NCBI GenBank assembly: GCA_020073485.1
Contig: JAIQFB010000011.1
Location: 50,046 to 114,045, forward strand
DNA: 64,000 nt
Source of the DNA: Terriglobia bacterium
Lineage (GTDB): Bacteria; Acidobacteriota; Terriglobia; Acidiferrales; UBA7541
Reading direction: 5' to 3'
Below the pieces are notes generated by a model. That model saw only the letters and a list, made by a program, of their open reading frames with translations. It did not search any database and was not told the origin of the DNA. The translations under genes and the position numbers were made by a program. This document shows, piece after piece, positions 21,094 through 29,964 of this stretch (within the stretch, counting starts at the first letter, position 1; every line of letters starts with the position of its first letter).

Positions 21094-22548
21094 TCAGCCG
21101 CGCTCCTTCACCGGGCCGCGCGTGGCGGCGGGTTCGGGCTTGGGCCGCGGGAAGCGCGCGTCCAGCGCTTCGACGATGCCCTCCATCTTTACTCCGCGCG
21201 AGCCTTTCACCAGTAAAAGATCTCCGGGCTGAAGCAGGTTCGCGATGAATCCGGCCGCGTCGCTCGACGACGGGAAAAATTTCGCGCGCGCCACGGCATG
21301 TCCCGCTTCCACCGCCCCGCGAACGAAACTTTCCGCATCTCCCTGCGCGCCGATGATCCAATCGATTTTCTTGTTCGCCGCGGCGGAGCGTCCGGCTTCG
21401 CGATGCAGTTCGGGGGAAGACGGCCCAAGCTCCAGCATCTCCCCGGCGGCAAGAATGCGGCGCCCGGACGCCGGCGTGTTGCCGAGCAGGTCGACCATGG
21501 CCGCCAGGGCCACGGGATTCGAGTTGTAGCAATCGTTGATCACCGTAAATCCGGCGTCGTAGCGCAGCACGCGGCCGCGCATGCCGGTGGCTTGCAAACC
21601 GGGAAATATTTCCTTCGCTTCGGCCGCGCCCACGCCCCACACACTCGCTGCCGCGAGCGCCGCCAACGCATTGGAAATGTTGTGCCGCCCGGCAAGCGGC
21701 AACGAAAGCCGCGCGCGCTCCTGGGGACCGACGAAATCAAACTCGCTGCCTTCTATCCCGCGGTCGTCGATATTTTCCGCGCGAAAATCCGCCGGCGATT
21801 CCAGACCAAACGTCAGCACGCGCCCCGGCGCGACTTCGGCAAAACGCGCAACGCGCGCGTCGTCCGCGTTCAACACCGCCACGCTATCGGGCCCCGCGAG
21901 CCCTTCGATCAATTCGCGCTTGGCCAGCGCAATTTCGTCCAGCGACGCAAAAAATTCCAGATGCACGGGCGCGACGCGCGTCACCACGCCCACGTCGGGA
22001 CGCGCAATTTCCGCCAGGCGCTTCAGTTCGCCCGCGTGCGACATCCCCAGTTCGACCACCGCTGCCTCGTCCGAATCCTCCAGACGCGACAATTGCAGCG
22101 GCAGCCCGTACTCGTTGTTCAGATTGCCCTCGGATTTCAATACGCGGAACCGCGCGGCGAGCAGCGCCGCCAGAACTTCTTTTGTAGTGGTTTTTCCGGC
22201 CGAGCCGGTGACGCCCGCCAGGCGCCTTCCCCATTTGGTCCGCACCGCTTGCGCCAGGCCTTGCAGCGCTGCCAGCGTGTCCCCAACCGGGAAGAGTTTG
22301 GACCGAACCGGCTCGCTGAATTCGGCCAGGCGATCCTGTGCGACGACGCAGGCGAGCGCGCCGGCGTCCAGCGCGGCCACGACAAAATTGTGTCCATCGT
22401 GACGCGGTCCGTGTATCGCCACGAAGAGCTCGCCGCGAGCCACGGTGCGAGAATCAATCGAGACACCGGCCAACCGGGCCAGGGCGTCGAGCCCTCCGGG
22501 CCGCGTAACCCCCAGAGCGCGAGCCACTTCTTCAACCGTCCACCGCAT
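21094..22548 (-). CDS. murF: UDP-N-acetylmuramoyl-tripeptide--D-alanyl-D-alanine ligase
   Basis: 484 aa. [13 protein letters not shown] and DCYNSNP. Confidence 0.92.
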   Translation of the reverse strand: MRWTVEEVARALGVTRPGGLDALARLAGVSIDSRTVARGELFVAIHGPRHDGHNFVVAALDAGALACVVAQDRLAEFSEPVRSKLFPVGDTLAALQGLAQAVRTKWGRRLAGVTGSAGKTTTKEVLAALLAARFRVLKSEGNLNNEYGLPLQLSRLEDSDEAAVVELGMSHAGELKRLAEIARPDVGVVTRVAPVHLEFFASLDEIALAKRELIEGLAGPDSVAVLNADDARVARFAEVAPGRVLTFGLESPADFRAENIDDRGIEGSEFDFVGPQERARLSLPLAGRHNISNALAALAAASVWGVGAAEAKEIFPGLQATGMRGRVLRYDAGFTVINDCYNSNPVALAAMVDLLGNTPASGRRILAAGEMLELGPSSPELHREAGRSAAANKKIDWIIGAQGDAESFVRGAVEAGHAVARAKFFPSSSDAAGFIANLLQPGDLLLVKGSRGVKMEGIVEALDARFPRPKPEPAATRGPVKERG

Positions 22549-22714
22549 AGCGTCCTCAAGGGGCTGGGTTTCACTGGTCTGGGTTCACCCTCGAATCAGC
22601 GTCCCTGCTTTCCAATAAAGAGCACGTTCCGTGCCGCGCCATCTGCTCATGTACGGGCAAGGTCCGCCAAGGCGGATGCCCCTACAGAAACCGCAGAAAT
22701 CAGCCGAAGCCCTT

Positions 22715-22790
22715 GGTGGCACAGGCTTCAGCCTGTGCGGTTTTGATTTTGCTACTCTCAAACTTCGCACAGGCTTCAGCCTGTGCCACC
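22715..22790. repeat. REP family A, bipartite element (two inverted palindromic units) in the murE-murF spacer
   Basis: GGTGGCACAGGCTTCAGCCTGTGC, then a 28-nt spacer, then GCACAGGCTTCAGCCTGTGCCACC. Confidence 0.85.
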
Positions 22791-22798
22791 AAAATCCT

Positions 22799-24370
22799 TC
22801 AATCCCCGTAGCCGCCCTTGCGCAGAATGCGCCGGGCCACTTCCCGGTCGTCAAACGCAAGGGTGCGGTCGCGCATGACTTGCTGGGTCTCATGCCCCTT
22901 GCCGGCCAGCAGCACAATGTCGCCGGGGCGCGCCTGATCCAGAGCGATTTCGATGGCCCGCTGGCGGTCCGGCTCGATCAGGCATTTCGCCGGCGTTCGC
23001 TGCAACCCTACGATCACATCATTAATGATCAGCAGCGGATCCTCGCTGCGAGGATTGTCGGAAGTCAGCACGACGATGTCGCTCGCGCGCCCGGCCACTT
23101 CTCCCATCAGCGGGCGCTTGGTGCGGTCGCGGTCGCCGCCGCAGCCGAACAGCGTGATGATGCGGCCCGCGGGATTCAGTTCTTTCGCGGTGGCGACCAG
23201 GTTGCGCAGCGCGTCGTCGGTATGCGCGTAATCTACCACCACCAGAAAAGGCTGCCCCATATCGATGCGCTCGAATCGCCCCGGCACGGCCGTGAGTTGC
23301 GCAATCCCTGCGGCAATCACTTCGCGAGGCAAACTCAGCGCCACCCCCGCGCCGATCGCGGCCAGAATATTGTAAACGTTGGTGCGCCCCACCAGTTTCG
23401 AGCGGACCTCGATTTTGCCGATGGGCGTTTCCACCGTGCATTCGATTCCTGAAAACGAGAGGGAAGGTTTGCGCGTGGTGATGTCCGCGCCGGGCTCCAG
23501 GCCGTAAGTCAGCGTGCGAGCCGCCAGGCCCACCAGTTGCTTGCCGTATTCATCGTCGCGATTGATGACGCTCGTGGTGGGCGCCGACGCGCCCGTGCCC
23601 TGGAACAGGCGCCGCTTGGCGGCGAAATATTCCTCCAGGGTCTTGTGATAATCGAGATGGTCGCGCGTGAGATTCGTGAAAATCGTCACGGCAAACGGAC
23701 ATCCCCAGAGGCGGTCCATGGCCAGCGCATGGGAGCTGGCTTCGAGCACCGCGTGCGTGCCTCCGGCAAGAACCACGTCATCAAGGAATTCCTGCAGGTC
23801 GAGCGATTCGGGAGTGGTGTTGGATGCTGGGCGCGTCTCGGATACCAGCCGGTGCCCGATGGTGCCGAGCAACGCGGCTTTGCAGCCCGCTGCGCGAAGA
23901 ATCGAATCGACCAGGTAGGAAGTGGTGGTCTTGCCGTTCGTTCCGGTCACACCAATTAACTTCAGCACTTCGGCGGGCCGCCCAAAATAATTTGCGGCCA
24001 TGGTGGCTAGTGCCTTGCGCGCGTCCGCAACCTGAATCCAGGGGAATCCTTTGGGCAGATTCCCGGGGATCGTCTGCTCGCTGGCGATGGCGATGGCGCC
24101 GCGTGCCACGGCGTCGGGCACAAACTGGTTGCCGTCGGTTTTTTCTCCCCGGATGGCGACAAACAGCGTTCCGGGTTTCACCCGGCGGCTGTCGTAGGCG
24201 ATTTCCAAAATCTCAAGATCGCCGAGCGCCGCTGCTTTTTTGGCGTCCATGATCACGTCGACGCCGCGCAGCAATTTTGCCAGGCGCAGTGGAACCCGGG
24301 CCGCCGCCGTCTTCTTCCCCATGAGCAAGTCTTCCTTGTGGTCCACCACCGAATCCACCTTCACTGTCAC
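22799..24370 (-). CDS. murE: UDP-N-acetylmuramoyl-L-alanyl-D-glutamate--2,6-diaminopimelate ligase
   Basis: 523 aa. GVTGTNGKTTTS and the DAP-type motif DNPRSE. The GTG at 24370 forms a GTGA overlap with the ftsI stop. An alternative ATG lies at 24322. Confidence 0.9.
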   Translation of the reverse strand: MTVKVDSVVDHKEDLLMGKKTAAARVPLRLAKLLRGVDVIMDAKKAAALGDLEILEIAYDSRRVKPGTLFVAIRGEKTDGNQFVPDAVARGAIAIASEQTIPGNLPKGFPWIQVADARKALATMAANYFGRPAEVLKLIGVTGTNGKTTTSYLVDSILRAAGCKAALLGTIGHRLVSETRPASNTTPESLDLQEFLDDVVLAGGTHAVLEASSHALAMDRLWGCPFAVTIFTNLTRDHLDYHKTLEEYFAAKRRLFQGTGASAPTTSVINRDDEYGKQLVGLAARTLTYGLEPGADITTRKPSLSFSGIECTVETPIGKIEVRSKLVGRTNVYNILAAIGAGVALSLPREVIAAGIAQLTAVPGRFERIDMGQPFLVVVDYAHTDDALRNLVATAKELNPAGRIITLFGCGGDRDRTKRPLMGEVAGRASDIVVLTSDNPRSEDPLLIINDVIVGLQRTPAKCLIEPDRQRAIEIALDQARPGDIVLLAGKGHETQQVMRDRTLAFDDREVARRILRKGGYGD

Positions 24371-26424
24371 CTGGTCTTCCTCCTGGCGTCCGCAAGCATC
24401 AGGGAAGGATCACGGGCAAATTGCACGGTGATCCTGCTCCCGCGCCGGATCATCACTCCCGCTTCCGGCGACTGGTCAGAAGCAATTCCCGTGCCAAGCA
24501 GGACCGGATTCAGTCCCAGCCGGATGCACAGCTCGGAAACTTGCCGCACGGTCTTCCCGCGAAGCTGCGGCGCGGGAATGCCCTCGCCTTCCGCAAGCTC
24601 CACGGTGGGAGGAGCCGCGCCGGGAACTGCCGTTGGAACGGGGTCTTCCGTGGCCGAGCTGGGATCCGCCTGCGCCGGATCGAAATCGCTTACATCGGCA
24701 AGATCCTGATTCGCGCTGGGGGCCCGGCCGGCTCGCTGCGTCTGGTCCGAAAGCGGCACGTCCCGCGGTACATTCAAATAAGGAAGAACCTGCTGGGCAA
24801 TGCGCTGAAAGACGGGAGCGGCTACGGATCCTCCCTCATGAGCGCCGGCCGGAGAATCCAACTGCACCAGAATCGTGACCGCCGGCGTATTGATCGGCGC
24901 AAAGCCGACGAATGAAGCAATCAGATTATGCGCGGAGTAATGTCCAGTGTTGACATCGAATTTCTGGGCCGTGCCCGTCTTTCCGGCGGAGGTGTATCCA
25001 TCCAGGCGCGCCAGTTTCCCGGTGCCGTTCAGAACAACGCCTTCGAGCATGCGCCGCATCGTCGCCGCCGTGGTAGCCTGAATGACGCGGCGCGGTTCGG
25101 GTTCCTGCGTTTCCACCAGTTGCGTGCCGTGGCGCAGGGCGCGCACGGCGTGCGGATGGACAATCATCCCGCCGTTGGCAATGGCCGAGACCGCATTGAT
25201 CATTTGCAGCGGCGTGACGCCGACTTCCTGCCCCATGGAGATCGAGCCCACCGAAACCGGCGTCCAATTTTCCAGCCGGCGAAGTTTTCCTTTGCTCTCT
25301 CCGGGAAGATCGACGCCGGTAGGCTGGCCGAATCCAAAGGCACGAATGTAATCGTAGAACCTGGGCGCGCCCAGGCGCAACCCGACCTTGATCGCGCCCA
25401 CGTCGCTGGAATTCGCGAGGACTTGCGAAACGCTCAGCAGGCCGTAGGGCTTGTGATCGCGAATGCGGTGCCCGGCAATATAGATGGCGCCATTCTGGCA
25501 ATCGATCATTTCGTCGGGCCGGGTAATGCCCTGATCGATGGCCGCCGAAAGCGTCACGATCTTGAAAACCGACCCGGGCTCATACAGCGAACTTACGGCG
25601 CGGTCGGTGCGCGCTTCGGGCACGCTGTCCTTGGCTGCGTTCGGATTAAACGTGGGCCAGTTCGCCACGGCCAGCAGTTCGCCGGAGTTCGGGTTTTCCA
25701 CCACGACGGTGCCGGCAATGGCATGCGTGTCGCGAATCGCCTGCGCCAGCTCCTTTTCCGCGATGTATTGAATATTTTCGTCCAAGGTGAGCACGACGCT
25801 GGTGCCGGTGTCCGGGGCCTTGTCGGCGGAGTCGTACCAGCGGCGGTGGGCATCGGCCAGGATCAACATCTTGCCGGGCTTGGTGCGGATATCGTCGTCG
25901 AGCGCGTACTCGATCCCGCCCAGGCCTTTTTCATCAATGTCCACGTACCCGAGGACATGTGAGGCGAGTTCACGCTTGGGATAAAATCGTCCGCCCTCGC
26001 GCTGGAAATAAATGCCGCGCAAGTTCAGGGCCGCAATTCGCTCGGCTTTGTCCGGAGGAAGTTTGCGCGCAATCCAAGCGAAGGAATGCGAAGCCGCCAG
26101 GCGCGTGGCGATCTCATCGGCGGGAACGTCGAGGACTTTCCCAAGCAGGCGCGCGACCATAACCGGATCGGCGATCTCCGAAGGAACCGCAAACGCCGAA
26201 TCCACCGGCACGCTCATGGCCAGTGCGTTCATGTTGCGGTCGAAAATTTCCGCGCGGCTCGCGCCCACATCCACGATCAACCGCTGCTGGTGCTGCGCGC
26301 GCGAGTAATATTCACTGTATCGGAAAAGTTGCAGGTAAGCCAGGCGTCCCATGGCCGCCCCGGTCCAGATCGCCGCCAGGGCCGCCACAATCAGTAATCG
26401 TGTCCGAGGACTGCGCAGATCCAT
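24367..26424 (-). CDS. ftsI: peptidoglycan D,D-transpeptidase FtsI (class B PBP) with a C-terminal PASTA-like domain
   Basis: Transpeptidase motifs SVFK, SSD-type and KTGTA. The C-terminal 54 aa, IPAPQLRGKTVRQVSELCIRLGLNPVLLGTGIASDQSPEAGVMIRRGSRITVQFA, match the PASTA pattern. Start taken at the ATG at 26424 (MDLRSPR); an alternative GTG lies at 26466. Confidence 0.9.
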   Translation of the reverse strand: MDLRSPRTRLLIVAALAAIWTGAAMGRLAYLQLFRYSEYYSRAQHQQRLIVDVGASRAEIFDRNMNALAMSVPVDSAFAVPSEIADPVMVARLLGKVLDVPADEIATRLAASHSFAWIARKLPPDKAERIAALNLRGIYFQREGGRFYPKRELASHVLGYVDIDEKGLGGIEYALDDDIRTKPGKMLILADAHRRWYDSADKAPDTGTSVVLTLDENIQYIAEKELAQAIRDTHAIAGTVVVENPNSGELLAVANWPTFNPNAAKDSVPEARTDRAVSSLYEPGSVFKIVTLSAAIDQGITRPDEMIDCQNGAIYIAGHRIRDHKPYGLLSVSQVLANSSDVGAIKVGLRLGAPRFYDYIRAFGFGQPTGVDLPGESKGKLRRLENWTPVSVGSISMGQEVGVTPLQMINAVSAIANGGMIVHPHAVRALRHGTQLVETQEPEPRRVIQATTAATMRRMLEGVVLNGTGKLARLDGYTSAGKTGTAQKFDVNTGHYSAHNLIASFVGFAPINTPAVTILVQLDSPAGAHEGGSVAAPVFQRIAQQVLPYLNVPRDVPLSDQTQRAGRAPSANQDLADVSDFDPAQADPSSATEDPVPTAVPGAAPPTVELAEGEGIPAPQLRGKTVRQVSELCIRLGLNPVLLGTGIASDQSPEAGVMIRRGSRITVQFARDPSLMLADARRKTR

Positions 26425-26584
26425 ATGTTGAGCGGGCTCCAAGCGAAGTCCGCACCCGTCTCCCACCGGTGACCCGTGGCCAAGAAATCTTCAGGCTCAG
26501 GATGTACACCGCGCCAGGCGGTTTCACTTGCCTTTCAAATGATTTGCACTGGGCACGGCAACCTGCATTGCCGCATAGAGAAGT

Positions 26585-26977
26585 CTATCGCTGCGCCGTC
26601 TGGGCGCTGGACGCGCGCGCATCCGCCATCACTGCGTTCGGCGGCAAATCCATCGGCGCAATCTGTCCGGGCACCGGAGCGGTCAGCCCCAACTGGCGCC
26701 GCGCAATCACGTCGATCCGGCCGGGCGAGCGCAAACCCGCCACTTCCAGCTTGAGCTGCTGATTGAATTCAGCGGCCTGGGATTGCTCGTTACGCAGCGA
26801 TTCCAGATCGTAGCGCAGTTGAATGGTCTCAAAATGCTGCCAGGCATAAAGCAGCGCGCACAGGGCCAGCAGGGCCCCCAGCGAAACCAGGCGCACGCAC
26901 TCGCGCACCCGGTTCGGCGCCATCGGGCGCCTCAGGTGCGAATTATCGATCTGCTTGACGGTATAGAACTCGCTCAT
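26585..26977 (-). CDS. ftsL: cell division protein FtsL
   Basis: Small bitopic protein: TM segment LVSLGALLALCALLYAW followed by a coiled-coil. The position between rsmH and ftsI fits ftsL. The ATG at 26977 forms an ATGA overlap with the rsmH stop. Confidence 0.75.
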   Translation of the reverse strand: MSEFYTVKQIDNSHLRRPMAPNRVRECVRLVSLGALLALCALLYAWQHFETIQLRYDLESLRNEQSQAAEFNQQLKLEVAGLRSPGRIDVIARRQLGLTAPVPGQIAPMDLPPNAVMADARASSAQTAQR

Positions 26978-27897
26978 TGCAGCCACTCTTTCTCATGCGG
27001 CACCCCGTGCTGGTCGGGAGGTAACTTTTCGGCAACGCGCATTTTCACGCTGCGCGCGCGCGGATTGGCCGCGATTTCCGCGTCCGAAGCCTGAATCACT
27101 TTTTTAGTCAGAATCTTCAGCGTGCCTTCTTGCGCCAGACGCTGAAACGCTTGCTTGACGGGCCGGTCTTCGAGCGAGTGGTAGCTGAGCACCACCCAAC
27201 GCCCGCCTGGAGATAGTGTGGCAGGAACTCTAGAAAGAAACTGCCCGAGTTCCTCCATCTCTCGATTCACCGCAATCCGCAGCGCCAGAAACGTTTTTGT
27301 CGCGGGATGCAGCTTCTGCCTTCCCCTTACTTTTCGAGCCCCTGCCACAACCATTGCCAGGTGTTCGGTGTCGCGAATGGGACGCGCGCGAACGATGCTC
27401 CTGGCGATTCTGCGTGAATCCCGCTCTTCGGCCAACTGATAGAGCAGGTCGGCGAGTTCCTTCTCCTCGACCGTGTTCACAATGTCCGATGCCGTTTCTT
27501 CCATCTCGCGGTCCATGCGCATATCGAGCGGGCCGCGCGTGCGGAACGAAAAGCCGCGTTCACCCAGGTCCAGTTGCATGCTCGATACGCCCAGATCCGC
27601 CAGCACGCCGTCGGCGGGAGGGAGCCTGCGCTCCGCGAAGACCTCGCCGATCTGTGAAAAGTTGGCGTGCACCAAAGTCACCTTGTCTCCGAACTCCGCC
27701 AGCCTGCCGCGCGCGATTTCCAGTGCCGCTGCGTCGCGATCCAGGCCCACGAACCTGCCCCCGGCCCCGAGCCGCCGGACGATTTCTATGGCGTGTCCCC
27801 CGAGCCCCACGGTGGCATCGACATACAGCCCGCCGGGCTTTATTGCCAGCCAGTGCATCGTCTCTTCGACCAGCACCGGCGTATGTTGCGCGTCCAA
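26974..27897 (-). CDS. rsmH: 16S rRNA (cytosine1402-N4)-methyltransferase
   Basis: 307 aa. HTPVLVEE, DATVGLGGH, and DLGVSSMQLD. Confidence 0.95.
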   Translation of the reverse strand: MDAQHTPVLVEETMHWLAIKPGGLYVDATVGLGGHAIEIVRRLGAGGRFVGLDRDAAALEIARGRLAEFGDKVTLVHANFSQIGEVFAERRLPPADGVLADLGVSSMQLDLGERGFSFRTRGPLDMRMDREMEETASDIVNTVEEKELADLLYQLAEERDSRRIARSIVRARPIRDTEHLAMVVAGARKVRGRQKLHPATKTFLALRIAVNREMEELGQFLSRVPATLSPGGRWVVLSYHSLEDRPVKQAFQRLAQEGTLKILTKKVIQASDAEIAANPRARSVKMRVAEKLPPDQHGVPHEKEWLQ

Positions 27898-27898
27898 A

Positions 27899-28336
27899 CT
27901 AGATGCCCAGATCGTCCAAAGTTTTCAGATCGTCGTCGTTGATGGCGCTCTTCTTCAGGTTTTCCAACTGCCGGCCGTGGTTCCAGACATCCAGATACGT
28001 CAGGTGGCCCATCACGTCCACATCGCCCTTCATCAAGGCCGCTTCCCGCAGCACCGGCGGGATCAGGATTCTTCCCTGCCCGTCGATTTCCACCGCCTGG
28101 CCGTAATAGTTGGTCCAGGTCAGGAACTTCTGCTTGGTCTTGTTGTGCGAGGAGAGCCGCGCCAGCTTGCTCTCGATCTCTTCCCATACTTTCATTGGAA
28201 AGATCCGGGCGTACTCACCGGTTTCGCTCGTAACGTAGAACTGATCTCCATATCCCTTGAGCTCTTCCAGAAAGGCCGCGGGAATCTTGAGACGACCCTT
28301 CTCGTCCACTTTTGCCGGATTGTTTCCCCGAAGCAT
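27899..28336 (-). CDS. mraZ: division/cell wall cluster transcriptional regulator MraZ
   Basis: 145 aa. Two SpoVT/AbrB-like halves, each with a DxxGR motif (DEKGRLKIP, DGQGRILIP). Confidence 0.93.
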   Translation of the reverse strand: MLRGNNPAKVDEKGRLKIPAAFLEELKGYGDQFYVTSETGEYARIFPMKVWEEIESKLARLSSHNKTKQKFLTWTNYYGQAVEIDGQGRILIPPVLREAALMKGDVDVMGHLTYLDVWNHGRQLENLKKSAINDDDLKTLDDLGI

Positions 28337-28446
28337 GGATTCGTCTGCCCAAAGAGTACGAAGGCCTCTTTCCTCTCATGGTGAAACCCCTTCACTTCAC
28401 GAACACTTGCCGGTCAACTTCTCGGCCAACTTCCGGGCCAACCTCA

Positions 28447-28490
28447 CCACTGCACTTCACTTGCTACCACTTTGCTCCACATTTGACCAC
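28447..28490 (-). promoter_or_regulatory. predicted MraZ operator: five GTGG/GTGA boxes with exact 10-bp phasing
   Basis: The minus strand reads GTGGTCAAAT GTGGAGCAAA GTGGTAGCAA GTGAAGTGCA GTGGTGAGGT. It starts directly after the -10 element of the promoter below. Confidence 0.6.
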
Positions 28491-28491
28491 G

Positions 28492-28519
28492 ATTCTAGAC
28501 AGGTTCGAAAACTTGTCAA
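28492..28519 (-). promoter_or_regulatory. sigma70-type promoter of the dcw operon (Pmra-like)
   Basis: Minus strand: TTGACA (28519-28514), a 16-nt spacer, then TAGAAT (28497-28492). It lies about 155 nt upstream of the mraZ ATG. Confidence 0.6.
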
Positions 28520-28919
28520 GTTAAAATGCGATGCATTGAAAAATTTGTTGTGGATATCCGCGCACTCGGCGTGGAAATTTTCTAATGTGAAGATCTAACC
28601 ACTACATGTTGTGTGGATGACGACCGATCTGTCTAGGATTAGGTTTACGCTTTTTCGCTGCCATTCCAAAATCGTTGAGAAAGAATTGCGTGCGAGGACG
28701 AATTTCCGGCTGTTTCGCCTGGGTATCGCCTTGCCGTACGGCATATCGCCGAATTCTCACGCTTCATTTTTTTGTTCGCGCCATCGTTTCTAAATACTTA
28801 GGGTAACTCCCATGCAAATGTGTCCCGGCGCTCATTAAATCCTTACGAATCCTCCACGCCTGCTTAATGCCCGGAATTCTACGTTGGCGCAAACGCGGCA
28901 TTTGGCCGGGAAGACGAAC

Positions 28920-29255
28920 ATGAAACGGATCGACGCGATCATCAAACAGCCGTGCCTGGAGAACGTCAAGAATCGCCTGGCCGGAATTGGAGTCGAGGGC
29001 ATGATCGCCGCCGAAGTCGTCGGAATGGGCCGGGAGAAAGGCCGGGAATTCTATCGCGGCGCCGAATACGTCGTGGATTTTCTCCCCAAAATATCGCTAA
29101 TGATCCTCGCCGAAGACGATCGTGTATCCGTAATCATCGACGCAATCATTGCAGGCGTGCGCACCGGAAAAATCGGCGCCGGCAAGATTTTCGTCACGCC
29201 CATCGAAGAGGTGGTAAGCATTCGCACCGGTGCGTGGAATCACGCCGCGGTGTGA
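28920..29255 (+). CDS. P-II (GlnB/GlnK) family signal-transduction protein, divergent orphan paralogue
   Basis: ORF 28884..29255 trimmed to the ATG at 28920 (MKRIDAIIK). YRGAEYVVDFLPK and RTGKIGAGKIFV align closely with E. coli GlnB as I remember it. Confidence 0.85.
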   Translation: MKRIDAIIKQPCLENVKNRLAGIGVEGMIAAEVVGMGREKGREFYRGAEYVVDFLPKISLMILAEDDRVSVIIDAIIAGVRTGKIGAGKIFVTPIEEVVSIRTGAWNHAAV

Positions 29256-29331
29256 AGGAAAAAGAGGGGAAGGCGATTCGGGAACTTGTATTTTCCGGTG
29301 GCCGACAACCTAGGCAGAGGCTGGAAGCAAA

Positions 29332-29964
29332 TTACATCCCTGGAGGATCGGGGGCCATTCCGACGTGCAAGTGCGCGAGTTGCCCGAGCGTCTCGCGGTC
29401 CTCGGCGTTCAAGCCTTCGAGGAACGCGGGATCGTTTAATTTTGCCTGGCGGTCGGCCTCGTTCATGTCGCGCAGCGAGTGCAGTCGCTGCATGATCGCC
29501 TGGCGGCGGACGGGCGGCAATTGCTGCCAGCGCGGGAGCAGGGTCTGGCGAACGTAAGTGCGCTGCTCGGGAGTCATCTGCTCCCACACGTGCTGGCGGT
29601 CGCGGAGATTCTGCTGCTGCTCGGGAGTCAGCCGGTTCCAGGCCTGCAGGCGCTCCCGGATTTGCGCCTGCTGCTCGGGCGGGAGATTCTGGAAACGCTG
29701 GTTGTTGCGCAAGAACTGTTCCTGCCGGTTCGGGGGCATGTCCTGCAGGCGCTCGATGGCTTTCGGCGGCAGATTGTTGGCATTCGCTCCGGGGCGCACG
29801 CCGTTCGGAGCATTACCGTTCGGCGGCGCCAGCATCTCCTCGCGCCTTTGCTGGCGGGCCGCCCTGCGCTGCTGCAGGGGTGTCTGCGAGTAAGCGGAAC
29901 CGCACGCCAATCCCACTGCCAGCCAGGCGGCGAAAAAAGCGCCGAATTGGAATCGCGTCTTCAT
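29332..29964 (-). CDS. secreted DUF3106-like repeat protein (third gene of the ECF module)
   Basis: 210 aa with a signal peptide. Repeated L-x-PEQQ-x3-R-x-R units (LPPEQQAQIRERL, LTPEQQQNLRDR, MTPEQRTYVRQ). Its ATG overlaps the anti-sigma stop (TAATG). Confidence 0.7.
   Translation of the reverse strand: MKTRFQFGAFFAAWLAVGLACGSAYSQTPLQQRRAARQQRREEMLAPPNGNAPNGVRPGANANNLPPKAIERLQDMPPNRQEQFLRNNQRFQNLPPEQQAQIRERLQAWNRLTPEQQQNLRDRQHVWEQMTPEQRTYVRQTLLPRWQQLPPVRRQAIMQRLHSLRDMNEADRQAKLNDPAFLEGLNAEDRETLGQLAHLHVGMAPDPPGM

Noticed and set aside
28611-28793. A 60-aa ORF in the AT-richer mraZ/P-II intergenic region.
   Set aside because: It has no ribosome-binding site, an odd composition (Arg/Phe/Cys-rich), and lies in a probable regulatory spacer. 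It is probably non-coding.
28885-28900. A sigma54-like element TGGCGC-N5-CGGCA (GG-N10-GC) about 20 nt upstream of the P-II ATG.
   Set aside because: The GG/GC spacing fits, but 5 of the 12 consensus positions mismatch. The implied transcription start would leave a leader of about 9 nt and cut off the only SD-like GGGAAG. The evidence is too weak to call.
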